Below the pieces are notes generated by a model that saw only the letters and a program-made list of their open reading frames with translations, searched no databases and had not been told where the DNA came from. Positions 37,746 to 50,439 of a DNA stretch of 64,000 nt are shown here, one piece after another (position 1 is the first letter of the stretch; the number at the start of each line of letters is the position of its first letter). A program made the translations under genes and the position numbers. Origin of the DNA: Mustelus asterias (lineage: Eukaryota); the NCBI RefSeq assembly GCF_964213995.1, contig NC_135825.1:12772001-12836000 (forward strand), in the 5' to 3' direction.

Positions 37746-40100
37746 ATGCCAACTAGAGAGGATGCGATATTGGATCTCCTATTGGGAAAGTGGATGATGG
37801 ATGTGAGTGTGAGGGAACACTTTGGATCCAGTGATCATAATGCCATTAGTTTCAACCTGATCGTGGATATGGATAGATCTGGTCCACGGGTTGAAGTTCT
37901 GAACTGGAAAAAGGCCAAATTTGATGAAATGAGAAGGGATCTGGGAAGTGTGGATTGGCACAGGCTGTTCTCTGGTAAGGATGTAAATGGAAAGTGGGAG
38001 GCCTTCAAAGGAGAAATTTTGAGAGTGCAGAGTTTGTATGTTCCTGTCAGGATTAAAGGCAAAGTAAATCGGAATAAGGAACCTTGGTTCTCGAGGGAGA
38101 TTGTAACAGTGATTAAGAGGAAGAGAGAGTTGTATGAAATGTACAGGCAGCAAGGAACAGATCAGATGCTCGAGGAGTATAAAAAGTGCAAGAAGCTACT
38201 TAAGAGGGAAATCAGGAGGGCTAAAAGAAGACATGAGGTTGCTTTGGCAGACAGAGTGAAGGAAAATCCAAAGAGCTTCTATAGGTATGTTAGGAGCAAA
38301 AGGATAGTGAGGGATAAAATTGGTCCTCTTGAAGACCAGAGTGGTAGACTGTGTATGGAACCAAAAGAGATGGGGGAGATACTAAATGGGTTTTTTGCAT
38401 CCGTATTTACTGAGGAAACGGGCATGAAGTCTACGGAAATAGGGCAAACTGGTAGGGAGGTCATGGAACCTTTACAGATTAAAGGGGAGGAGGTGCTCGC
38501 TGTCTTGAGGCAAATCAGAGTGGATAAAGCCCCAGGACCGGACAGGGTATTCCCACGGACCTTGAGGGAAGCTAGTGTTGAACTTTCAGGGGCCCTGGCA
38601 GACATATTTAAAATGTCAGTATTCACGGGGGAGGTGCCGGATGATTGGAGGGTGGCTCATGTTGTTCCGTTGTTTAAAAAAGGTTCCAAAAGAAATCCGG
38701 GAAGTTATCGGCCAGTAAGTTTGACGTCGGTGGTGGGCAAGTTATTGGAAGGTGTGATAAGGGATAGGATCTACAAATATTTGGATAGACAGGGACTTAT
38801 TAGGGAGAGTCAACATGGCTTTGTGCGTGGTAGGTCATGTTTGACCAATCTATTAGAGTTTTTCGAGGAGGTTACCAGGAAAGTGGATGAAGGGAAGGCG
38901 GTGGATGTTGTCTACCTGGATTTCAGCAAGGCCTTTGACAAGGGCCCTCATGGGAGGTTAGTTAGGAAGGTTCAGTCGCTAGGTATACATGGGGAGGTAG
39001 TAAATTGGATTAGACACTGGCTCAATGGAAGAAGCCAGAGAGTGGTTGTGGAGGATTGCTTCTCTGAGTGGAGGCCTGTGACTAGTGGTGTGCCGCAGGG
39101 ATCGGTGTTGGGTCCATTGTTGTTTGTCATCTATATCAATGATCTGGATGATAATGTGGTAAATTGGATCAGCAAGTTTGCTGATGATACAAAGATTGGA
39201 GGTGTAGTGGACAGTGAGGAAGGTTTTCAAAGCTTGCAGAGGGATTTGGACCAACTAGAAAAATGGGCTGAAAAATGGCAAATGGAATTTAACACAGACA
39301 AGTGTGAGATATTGCACTTTGGAAGGACAAACCAAAGAAGAACGTACCGGGTAAATGGTAGGACTCTGAAGAGTGCAGTTGAACAGAGGGATCTGGGAAT
39401 ACAGGTACAGAATTCCCTAAAAGTGACGTCACAGGTGGATAGGGTCGTAAAGAGTGCCTTTGGTACATTGGCCTTTATAAATCGGAGTATCGAGTATAAA
39501 AGTTGGAGTGTTATGGTAAGGTTATATAAGGCATTGGTGAGGCCGAATTTGGAGTATTGTGTACAGTTTTGGTCACCTAGTTACAGGAAGGATGTAAATA
39601 AGATTGAAAGAGTGCAGAGAAGGTTCACAAGGATGTTGCCGGGACTTGAGAAGCTGAGTTACAGAGAGAGATTGAATAGGTTGGGACTTTATTCCCTGGA
39701 GCGTAGAAGATTGAGGGGAGATTTGATAGAGGTGTATAAGATTTTGATGGGTATAGATAGAGTGAATGCAAGCAGGCTTTTTCCGCTGAGGCTAGGGGAG
39801 AAAAAAACCAGAGGGCATGGGTTAAGGGTGAAAGGAGAAAAGTTTAAAGGGAATATTAGGGGGGGCTTCTTCACGCAGAGAGTGGTGGGAGTGTGGAATG
39901 AGCTGCCGGATAAAGTGGTAAATGCGGGGTCACTTTTAACATTTAAGAAAAACTTGGACGGGTTCATGGATGAGAGGGGTGTGGAGGGATATGGTCCAAG
40001 TGCAGGTCAGTGGGACTAGGCATAAAATGGTTCGGCACAGACAAGAAGGGCCAAAAGGCTGTTTCTGAGCTGTAATTTTCTATGGTTCTATGGTTCTATG
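37746..40100 (+). mobile_element. Young CR1 LINE, 5'-truncated, uninterrupted 757-aa ORF2 (end of APE plus RT)
   Basis: [40 protein letters not shown]; (TTCTATGG)n tail; inserted into an older LINE. Confidence 0.98.
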
Positions 40101-41801
40101 GTGGTGGTCGTGGGTTTGGAAGGTGCTGCCTAAGGAGTCTTGGTAAGTTCATGCAGTGCATCTTGTAGATGGTACACTGTCACTGTTCATCAATGGGGGA
40201 GGGATTGAGTTTTTTGTGGAAGGGATAGCAATGAAGTGGGCTGTTTTGTCCTGGACGGTGTTGAGCTTCTTACGTGTTGGTGCTACACACATCCAAACAA
40301 ATGGAGAGTATTCCATCTCTATCCTGACTTGTGCCCTGTAGATGGTGGGCATGGAATTCAGTGCCTGAGTTGGCGGTGGAGGCAGAGACCCTAAACTTGT
40401 TAAAAAGTACCTGGATCTGCACCAGTGCTGTAAGCTACAGGGCTATGGGCCGGCATGAAGATGAAATGAGAAAGGGCACCTGAGTGTCTTTGGGTTGGCA
40501 TGGACAAGATGGGCTGAATGGCCCCCTTCTGTGCTGCATCATTTCTATGGTTCTATGGTCGGCCTTGTGGAGTCAGGTGGTGAGTTACTCGCCTCAGGAA
40601 TCCTAGCCTTTGATCTACTCTAGTAGCCACAGTGTTTACATGGCTAGTCCAGTTCAGATTCTGTTCAATGGTAAATTCTAAAATGTTGAAATCTCATCCA
40701 TTGAGATCAAAAGCTGCAAGAAAAAGTTGATGTTATTTTTGCGCTAAAAATGATCAACTGACATTTGACATCAAATGTGATCAAAGGCATCGAATTCGCT
40801 CAGAAAACCTGCACCAAAACACAAGGAAATGAATTAAATAAAACCTGAATTTATTTATTTTATTTAGTCCAAAAAAGCTATCACTCTAGGTTTTCAAAAC
40901 TACCATCAGATCCCCATTAGTTATTAGTTAATTTTATTAATGTATGCATTACTATTCTGCTGTATTCAGGATTGGAGGAGTGAGTCTCGGTGGCCCTGGG
41001 CGTAGAGTGGGGGATGGAGAGAGGAGAGAAGAAGAGTGGGGTGGAGGAGAGGGAGATAGAGGGAGGAGGAAGTGGGAAACGGGGGTAGGACAGAACCATC
41101 GAAAAGTTACAGCACAGAAGAGGGTCATTTGGCCCACCTTGTCCATGCCAGCCCGAGGACACCCAGGCTCACTTTGTAATCCCACCTTCCTGCACTGGGA
41201 CCATGAGGGAAGAAGACTGGCGCAATCCAGGAGTGGGGGAGTGGTGTCTGGATGGGGGGTTGGGGAGGGGGGAGGGCGGCGTGAGAGGAATCTTTGAGAG
41301 TGAGTGAGTAATTAGTGAGTACCACACGCTATTGTCTGGGCTCACTTGCCCTTACCTTGCCACCAGTCGAGGTCCTTACTTGCGAGGATCACGTACGGTT
41401 CCCCAGCAACGGGTACCAGATGTGATTGCCTCGCCGGTGGGAGTGGAGACCATTGAAGCCTCCTGGATGGTCAGGGGCAGTGCCCCTAGCAAAATAGGAA
41501 GAATCTGCCTGGCAACAGCAGGAACCCACATTCGAACGGGCTGATGAGATGCGTTCCCTAGCAACCATCTAGATAAATTCAGATGTAAATGGCCCTGTTA
41601 TCAGGAAGTGGTTTACCGAGATATCTGTGGCATCAAGGGTGGCATACAGATCCTAATTTTTGAGGGTCAAGGAATGTGGGAGAGACAGACAGTCCATAAT
41701 ACAGTGAGCGCAATCAGAGAGCCAGGGGTATAATTGCCAACTCCCGCAGAAGCAGTGAGGCCAGTTTTAACACGTCACAGGAAGGCCGGTTTTAACATGT
41801 C

Positions 41802-43601
41802 CCTTGGAAGATGAGAGGGGGGATTTAATAGTGGAAAATGAGGAAATGGCTGAGACTTTAAATAAGTTCTTTGTGTCGGTCTTCACGGTGGAAGACACAA
41901 ATAGTTTGCCGAATATTAGAGATCGAGAGTTGGTGGGAGGGGAGGTCCTTAATATAATTACTGTTACTAAGGAGGTGGTGCTTGGTAGACTAATAGGACT
42001 GAAGGTAGACAAGTCCCCGGGCCCGGATGGAATGCATCCCAGGGTACTGAAAGAAATGGCTGAGGTAATAGCAGATGCGTTAGTAGTAATTTATCAAAAT
42101 TCGCTGGACTCTGGGGTAGTGCCGGCTGACTGGAAAACAGCTACTGTTACGCCGCTGTTTAAAAAAGGAAGTAGACAAAATGCGGGTAACTACAGGCCGG
42201 TTAGCTTAACGTCCATAGTTGGGAAGATGCTAGAGTCCATTATTAAAGAGGAAATAACAGAGCACCTGAATAAGAATGGTTCGATCAAGCAGACGCAGCA
42301 TGGATTCATGAAGGGAAAGTCGTATTTGACGAATCTACTGGACTTTTATGAAGATGTCACTCGTGCGGTTGACAGAGGGGAACCGGTGGATGTGGTGTTT
42401 TTAGATTTCCAGAAGGCGTTCGATAAGGTGCCTCACAAAAGGTTGCTGCAGAAGATTGGGGTACACGGAGTTAGGGGTAAGGTGTTGGCGTGGATTGGGG
42501 ATTGGCTATCTAACAGGAAGCAGAGAGTTGGGATAAATGGGTGCTTTTCTGATTGGCAGTTGGTGACCAGTGGCGTGCCGAAGGGATCGGTGCTGGGGCC
42601 TCAATTGTTTACCATTTACATAGATGATCTGGAGGAGGGGACTGAATCTAGGGTATTCAAGTTTGCTGATGACACGAAGGTGAGTGGGAAAGCGAATTGC
42701 GTGGAGGACGCGGAAAGTCTGCAGAGAGATTTGGATAGGCTGAGCGAGTGGGCGAAGATCTGGCAGATGGAATATAACGTTAGCAAATGTGAGGTTATCC
42801 ACTTTGGAAGAAATAATAGTAATTTGGAATATTATTTAAATGGAGAAAAATTACATCGTGCGACTGTGCAGAGGGACCTGGGGGTCCTTGTGCACGAATC
42901 GCAAAAACTCAGTCTGCAGGTGCAGCAGGTGATCAAGAAGGCGAATGGAATGTTGGCCTTTATCGCGAGGGGGATAGAATATAAAAGCAGGGAGGTCTTG
43001 CTGCAACTGTACAAGGCACTGGTGAGGCCGCAACTGGAGTACTGTGTGCAGTTTTGGTCCCCTTATTTGCGAAAGGATATATTGGCCTTGGAGGGAGTGC
43101 AGAGAAGGTTCACCAGGTTGATACCGGAGATGAGGGGTGTAGCTTATGAGGAGAGATTAAACAGATTGGGTCTGTACTCGTTGGAGTTTAGAAGGATGAG
43201 GGGTGATCTTATAGAGACATATAAGATAATGAAGGGGCTGGATAGGGTAGAGGTGAAGAGATTCTTTCCACTTAGAAGGGAAACCAGAACTAGAGGGCAC
43301 AGCCTCAAAATAAGGGGGGGCAGGTTCAGAACAGAGTTGAGGGGGAACTTCTTCTCTCAGAGGGTAATGAATCTCTGGAATTCTCTGCCCATTGAAGTGG
43401 TGGAGGCTTCCTCGTTGAATATGTTTAAATCCCGGGTAGAGAGTTTTCTGATCGATAAAGGAATTAGGGGATATGGGGAGCAGGTGGGTAAGTGGGACTG
43501 ATTCGCTTCAGATCAGCCATGATCTTGTTGAATGGCGGGGCAGGCTCGAAGGGCCAGATGGCCTACTCCTGCTCCTATTTCTTATGTTCTTATGTTCTTA
43601 T
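41802..43601 (+). mobile_element. Young CR1 LINE, 565-aa RT ORF
   Basis: RT motifs, (TTCTTATG)n tail; flanked by a 28-bp direct repeat at 41774-41801 / 43602-43629. Confidence 0.97.
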
Positions 43602-44047
43602 GTCACAGGAAGGCCGGTTTTAACATGTCACAGGAAGGTCGGTTTTAACTTGTCACAGGAAGGCCAGGATAACATCTCGCAGCAAGCTGACTAATATGAG
43701 AGGCCACTTCTAAAGTCTTACAGCTAACTTAATGCAGAAGTCTTACAGCTAACTTAAGGCAGTTTATCTGTCTTCGCTGAACCACTTTCCAGACTGGATC
43801 ACCCTTCTGGTATTGAGTGGTAACAACAAGCTGGATTTTGCTGACAGATTTGTTTAAGGTGGAGGTTGTTTGGGGAATGGGGGAGTCTTGTTGAGTTCAG
43901 GTATGGTAGATATGGTTTGGAACGAGGGGGAATTTGTAAATGAAGCTGTGTGTGTGTGTGTGTATTACTCGGGTGCTTATGTGTCTTATAGAATTGTAGT
44001 CCTGTTTCTCTGGATACCAACAGAAGTTAGGAATATTTTTGTGGCAG

Positions 44048-44305
44048 TGTGACCCTTTAAGGGGAAAGGCGTTCTCGTGAGCCACATGATCCCGCCGGAC
44101 CCAATGGATTGTCAAGGCCGGAAGCTGAGCCAATCAGCAAGAGGGTGCGTACCATGGATCTTACAGTTGGAACCAGGGAACCAAGTTGTTGAGTTGCATT
44201 GTAATTCAGCCTGACCTTGTTGTATATATAATATATATATCCGTATTGTTGGCAATAAATCCTTTATTGGTTCAAGCCACATTGAGTCACCCTCGATCTA
44301 TTACA
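44048..44305 (+). mobile_element. Solo-LTR-like copy of the Gypsy LTR
   Basis: TGTGACCCTTTA...AATAAA...CTATTACA; homologous to 48669-49565; no TSD recognised. Confidence 0.65.
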
Positions 44306-44871
44306 ATGTTACTATGGAGACACACAGCATTGAATTAAATCTCCTTCCAAACCTGCAAAATGTAACACCTAGAAGGAGGAGGGAAGCAGGTGCATGGGAA
44401 CACCACCACTTACAAGCTCCCCTCCAAAACACGCACCATCCAGACTGGGGAATATATCGCCGTTCCTTCACTGTCACTGGCTCAATCCTGGAACTCCCTC
44501 CCTAACAGCACTGTGGGTGTACGTACACCACATGGGCTGCAGCAGTTGAAGAAGGCAGCTCACCACCACCTTCTCAAGGATAATTAGGGATGGGCAATAA
44601 ATGCTGTTTTAGACACATCCCGTGAATGAATCAATAAAAGAGGCTTGCGTGGAATATGATTTTTGGTTTGTAAGAGTAAAGGAGGAAAGGATGTGGAAAT
44701 AGGTTAATGGAAATGGATAGAAATGGGAATATGGGAGGTCACTACTTGTACATGAGGAGTTGTGATAATATTTTATTAATCTGAGTTCACACAGCACACA
44801 GCAGCTGTCCTGTGTTATTGCAGCCAGATCACATTATCAGTGCTATAATCAATCTTCTGAAATATTCTTAC

Positions 44872-45192
44872 CTGAGAAAACCTTCAGTATTATAACATCT
44901 GAAATATGTATTTCGGGTAGAGGTCCACACCAGTATGTTCCTGTATCTGTCTCCTGAAGTTGTTGTATGGTTACAGAAATGTTACCATTGGTATCAGCGA
45001 TCGATGTTCTTCCATCAACATTCCAACCTCTGTCTCCGTCAATGCTCGATATCAGATTGCAACAGTTTTTTGAAGTTTCCTTACACCACCAGATTTCTCG
45101 GTGTTTTTGCTGTGTTGCCTGTGGACATTCCACAGTGATGGTTTCTCCCACTGCAGCTTTCATCACTATCGAGGCAGTTTGTGTCCATAAAA
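44872..45192 (-). CDS. Gene 2: Ig V exon D1b (tandem duplicate of D1a)
   Basis: Same acceptor/donor context as D1a, phase 1-1, 321 nt, open. LWTQTASIVMKAAVGETITVECPQ...IWWCKETSKNCC...LQETDTGTYWCG...ILKVFS. Confidence 0.9.
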
Positions 45193-45744
45193 CTGTTGGT
45201 GAAACATAATGTTTTAAGAAAGCTGGAAATATCCCAACAACCAATTGTAGACAATCCTTTTGGTCCAATGCTAGCCAGTGCTTCACAAGGGGACACACAC
45301 AAGTCCTGGGTGGGACTGGAATCAAGAATCTTACAGCAGAGAAGGAGGACATTCGGCCTGTCATGTCTGTGCTAGCTCTTTGAAAATTTATTGTCCAGTT
45401 GAATCCCACGGCCCAACTTCCCCCACAACCCTGCACATTAATCCCCTCTAAACACATGTCCAATTGCCTTTTAAATCCCTTCCTCATTTTCAATACATTG
45501 ATTCGGTTTCTCTTTAATATTTTCTGTTTCAAGAACAATAATCCCAGTTTCTCCAATCTGTCCACATAACCAAACTCCCTCATCCCTGGCATCATCCTGG
45601 TAAATCTGCTCTGTGTCCTTGCCCCCTTCCTCGAGTGTGGTGCCCAGAATTGAACCCAGTACTCCAGCAGAGACCTAATCAGTGATTAGTAAAGGTTTAG
45701 TGGAACTCCTCATTTCTCTAATTAATAGTCCAATTTTATTTATT

Positions 45745-46048
45745 TATTTATTTATGAATTGTCACAAGTAGGCTTACATTAACACCGCAATGAAGTTGCT
45801 GTGAATATCCCCGAGTCGCCACACTCCGGCGCCTGTTCGGGTACACTGAGGGAGAATTTAGCATGACCAATGCACCTAACCAGCACATCTTTTAGACTGT
45901 GGGAGGAAACCTGAGCACCCGGAGGAAACCCACACAGACACGGGGAAAACATGCAGACTCCACACAGACAGTGACCCAAGCCAGGAATTGAACCCAGGTC
46001 CCTGGTGCTGTGAGGCAGCAGTGCTAACCACTGTGCCACTGTGCCATC
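45745..46048 (-). mobile_element. V-SINE, alternative tail subfamily (also 47162-47455 plus; 51088-51397, 52045-52332, 55495-55762, 58020-58310 minus)
   Basis: tRNA-like head and V-core followed by ...GGCGAC.AGGGGATTTTCACAGTAACTTCATTGCAGTGTTAATGTAAGCCTACTTGTGAC tail. Confidence 0.85.
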
Positions 46049-46259
46049 CCCAAGAAACCCACAACTGCCTCTCAACCTGCCCTTCCACCAGTGGGGTGTT
46101 GCTGTCAGAGTGCACCGGAACCCAACTCCAGCACCTCCAAACGAGGCCTGGGGACAAGCATGAGGAGGCCCTGGGGAGGCGAGCTGGCCACAACGCCCAG
46201 GAGTGAGACTCTGTTGAGCAAAGCCCTAGGCCATGATGGAGGGTGGGAGAGGATGACTA

Positions 46260-46260
46260 C

Positions 46261-46296
<36 letters not shown>

Positions 46297-46715
46297 CGTG
46301 CGGGCGTGAAAGAGAATGTGTGTGAGGGAGAGAGTGAGTGTGAGAGAGAGAGTGTGTGAGGGAGAGAGTGAGTGTGAGAGAGAGAGTGTGTGAGGGAGAG
46401 AGTGAGTGTGAGAGAGAGTGTGTGTGAGGGAGAGAGTGAGTGTGGGAGAGTGTGTGAGGGAGAGAGTGAGTGTGAGAGAGAGTGTGTGTGAGGGAGAGAG
46501 TGAGTGTGAGAGAGAGAGTGTGTGCATGTGTGTGTGTGTGGAGAGAGTGAGAGAGAGTGAGAGAAAATTAGAGTGCGTGTGTGATTGGGAGAGAGAAGAA
46601 GAGAGAGATAGTGTGTGTGTGTGTGTGTGTGTGTGTGCGGGAGTGAGAGAAGGTGTGTGAGCAAGAGAGTGAGAGAGAGTGTGTGAGAGGGAGAGTGTGT
46701 GTGTGAGAGAGAGAC
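46260..46715. repeat. Compound (GT)/(GA) microsatellite with 26-28-bp higher-order units
   Basis: Repeated gtgtgagggagagagtgagtgtgagaga. Confidence 0.93.
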
Positions 46716-46759
46716 AGGATCAAATGTGGAAAAGAAATACTCCCAGATAGATAAGGAAA

Positions 46760-48668
46760 ACTTGGTGGTCATTTATGGGCGACATTTTACAATAGTTTCA
46801 GACCACAAGCCATTGTTAGGTCTATTTAGAGAAGAGAAGCCAGTGCCACTCTGCTCTTGAGCAGACACAATTAGCCGTTGCCTTTGCCACAAACAGTCGC
46901 ACCACCACCGGTTCCTCAAGAGATTATACTGGCTCTGCATCTGGTAGAGACCTTGCCAGTCTCGGCGAAACAGATAAAACTGTGGAGAAAAAGAGAGCCG
47001 GTATGGTCAGAAGTAAAGAAGATGGTAACGCAAGGGTGGCGATATAAGTCAGAGTAGCTCAAACCCTACCAAAGGAGATGGATGGAGATAACCTGTGAAG
47101 ATGGGGTGTTGCTGCGGGTGGCTAGAGTTATAGCGCTACCACAGGGCAGATGACTCCAGGAAGGCATGGTGGCACAGTGGTTAGCACTGCTGCGTCACAT
47201 CGTCAGGGACCAGGGTTTGATTCCCGGCTTGGGTCACTGTCTAAGTCGTGTCTGGTTATTCTCCCCGTGTCTGAGTGGGTTTCCTCCGGGTGCTCCAGTT
47301 TCCTACCACAGTCCAAAGATGTGCGGGTTAGGTGAATTGGCCACGCTAAATTCTCCCTCAGTGTGCCCGGAGAGGCGCCGGACTGTGGCAACTTGGGGAT
47401 TTTCACAGTAACTTCATTGCAATGTGAATGTAAGCCTACTTGTGACTTTAACTTTAACTCCTGTTACAAGAACTGCACCACTCTCATCGAGGTCAAAGTA
47501 GAATGAAGGCCCCACGCATATGTATTTTCACCAGGCATTGGCAGGGAAACAGAATGGATGGTTTGTCAATGCCATAGTTACGAAGCTCAACGGGCTTCAC
47601 CATCACAGGTGAATTTGCACCATTGGGAATGGCCTGGTCGACCTTAGTCGAAGTTACATTTGGATTTTGCCGGGCCATTTCTGGGTCATATGTTTCTTAT
47701 ATTAGTTGTAGTTGGATATGCAGTTGATGAAGTCCCCAACAGCCACGGACACCATTGATCGATTGAGGAAATTCTCTGCTATCCGTGGCATTCCGGAAGT
47801 GGTTGTGTCGGACAATGGCACATCATTCACTGTGGAAGAATTCCAAAAATTCCTCAAGCCCAATGGCATTCACCATGTGAGGTCAATACCTTCCCTCGAA
47901 GCCTCAAATGGACCAGTGGAGAGTGTGGTACAAACATTCAAATCATCAATAATAAAACAAGTAAACTGTCCTCTTCCTTTATGTATGGACAGTTTTTTGT
48001 TGTCTTATAACCCCACCCCAAACGTGACCACAGGGGTTACTCCAGCAGAGTTACTGATGGGATGCCAGTTAAGAACACTATTGGACATGATATTCCCAAA
48101 TCTGGCAGGGAGTGTGCAGTCCTTCAGAAGGAAAACTGTGATTCAGGAAAAGGAAACAAAGTGTTTCAAGCGGGGGGTGCAGTCTTGGTTCCAAATTTTA
48201 CACCAGGCCCGTCCTGGGTGGCTGGTAAAGAGAACAGGACTGGTCTCCGACATTGTGGAGATACAAGGCTGTCGGCTCAGGTAGACCATTGAAGGAGGAG
48301 AGACTGATGGACGCAGAGGATCAACAGGTGCCCCCTGCAGTTGGTTGAACTTTGCCGGGGTTGGTTACTGGGATTTTGGTGGAGAATGTGGGAGCGCAGC
48401 AACCGCTGGTTGTGGAGACTGAGGAACCAGAAGCTGCTGAAGAGCCACCAGACCCTGGATTGATGAGTCTGCCTTTCCCGTCTGTCCCGTCTGGCCCTTT
48501 AAACTTAGGAGAGCAAACCACTGAACTGAGGCGCTCTGCCAGAGACCGGAATCCTCCGGACTGATTAAACCTTTGATGGGTTTTCCATTTCTGTCACTCT
48601 TTTCACTTTAACACTAATCCTGTTCTTTATTCCTCCATAGTTGTATTTCGGATTTTAGGGGGAAGAAT
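46760..48668 (+). mobile_element. Degraded Gypsy LTR-retrotransposon internal region (RNase H / integrase)
   Basis: TIVSDHKPLLG (RNase H), LHHWEWP, GIPEVVVSDNGTSF...SNGPVE..VQTFK (integrase); ends in PPT AGGGGGAAGAA directly before the LTR TG. Confidence 0.85.
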
Positions 48669-49565
48669 TGTGGCCCTTTAATTGGGGTGGGGGAGTGTTT
48701 AGAGGGCCATGTGATTGGGTCAGGCCCTGTGGATTCTCAAGCCTGGAAGCTGAGCCAATCGGCAAGAGGGTGTGAATCATGGGTTGAGGAACGTTTTGCA
48801 TTTGGAGCCAGGGAGCTGAGTAGCAGATTCGCATTGTAATTCAGTCTGACCTTGTTGTGTGTATATATATATATATACTTATTGCGAACAACAAAGAACA
48901 GTACAGCACAGGAACAGGCCCTTCGGCCCTCCAAGCCTGTGCTGATCATGTTTACCTATCTCAACCGAACGCTTAGATCCCTCTATTCCCCGTTTGTTCC
49001 TATGCCGATCGATATAAGTCTTAAATGTGACTAAAGTAATTGCCTCAACCACCTCACTTGGGACTGCATTCCAGGCCCCCACCACCCTCTGTGTAAAAAA
49101 CTTCCCCCGCACATCTCCACTGAACCTTTCCCCCCTTATCTTGAACTTGTGCCCCCTTGTAATTGTCATTTCTGCCCTGGGAAAAAGCTTCCAACTGTTC
49201 ACCCTATCTATACCACTCATAATTTTATAAACTTCTACCAGGTCGCCCCTCAGCTTCCGTCTTTCCAGGGAGAACAACCCCAGTTTATTCAACCTCTCCT
49301 CAGAGCTAATACCCTCCATACCAGGCAACGTCCTGGTAAACCTTTTCCTCACTCTCTCCAATGCCTCCACATCCTTCTAATGGTGTGGTGACCAGAATTG
49401 GACACAGTATTCCAAATGTGGCCGAACCAACGTTTGAGACAATTGTAACATAATTTGCCAACTTTTATACTCGATGCCCAGTCCGATGAAGGCAAGCATG
49501 CCATATTGTTGGCAGTAAAGTCTTTATTGATTCAAGCCACATTGAGTCACCCTCGATCTATTACA
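48669..49565 (+). mobile_element. Gypsy 3' LTR interrupted by a CR1 fragment (about 48887-49503, minus)
   Basis: Follows the PPT; TGTGGCCCTTTA...CTATTACA; CR1 ORF 48879-49370 lies inside. Confidence 0.75.
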
Positions 49566-50112
49566 AGTTACTCTGGAGACACAAAGCAATGAATTAAATC
49601 TCCTTCCAAACCTGCAACATCTAACACCTAGAAGGAGGAGGGAAGCAGGTGCATGGGAACACCACCACTTACAAGCTTCCCTCCAAAACACACACCATCC
49701 AGACTGGGAAATATATCGCCGTTCCTTCACTGTCACTGGCTCAATCCTGGACCTCCCTCCCTAACAGCACTGTGGGTGTACGTACACTTCATGAGCTGCA
49801 GTGATTCAAGAAGGCAGTTCAAGGATAATTAGGGATGTGCAATAAATGCTGTTCCAGACACTCACATCGCATGAAAGAATCAATAAAGGAGCCTTGGGTG
49901 GAATATGATTTTTGGTTTGTAAGAGTATAAATGGAAAGCTGTGGATATAGGTTAATGGAAATGGATAGAAATGGGAATATGGGAGGTCACGACTTGTACA
50001 TGAAGAGCTGTGATAATATTTTATTAATCTGAGTTCACACAGCAGCTGTCCTGTGTTATTGCAGCCAGATCACATTATCAGAGCTATAATCAACCTTCTG
50101 AAATATTCTTAC

Positions 50113-50439
50113 CTGAGAAAACGTTCAGTAATATAGCATCTAAAGCATGGATACTGTTTTGTCCTTGAGGTCCACACCAGTATGTTCCTGCATCTGTCTC
50201 CTGAAGTTTTGTTATGGTTACAGAAATTTTACCATTGGTATTCGCGATCGACATTCTTGCATCATCATTGCTGACACTGTGTCCGGAAGTGCTCACTATC
50301 GAATTGCAATAATTATATGAAGTTATCTTACACCACCAGATTTCTTGGTGTTTTTGCTGTGTTGCCTGTGGACATTCCACAGTGATGGTTTCTCCCACTG
50401 CAGCTTTCATCACTATCGAGGCAGTTTGTGTCCGTAAAA
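50113..50439 (-). CDS. Gene 2: Ig V exon D1a
   Basis: Acceptor ccaacag|, donor G|gtaaga, phase 1-1, 327 nt. LRTQTASIVMKAAVGETITVECPQ...IWWCKITSYNYC...ISVTITKLQETDAGTYWCG...LLNVFS. Confidence 0.92.

Larger units (their letters stand above)
44048..45730. repeat. Tandem duplication unit containing V exon D1b (partner about 48669-51485)
   Basis: LTR, LINE fragment, intron, V exon and old CR1 fragment are colinear in both units. Confidence 0.9.

Noticed and set aside
37746-40019. Domesticated or autonomous RT gene
   Set aside because: 5'-truncated (most of the endonuclease and all of ORF1 missing) with a typical CR1 tail; simply a young insertion.
41385-41420. tRNA-Trp-like primer binding site on the minus strand
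   Set aside because: Only a partial match, and no LTR boundary or retroviral ORF could be tied to it.
45193-45595. N-terminal extension of the 248-aa ORF
   Set aside because: Intronic read-through into an old CR1 fragment; the real exon starts at the acceptor at 45192.
46105-46772. His/Ser/Leu/Thr-repeat ORFs
   Set aside because: Translations of the GT/GA microsatellite.
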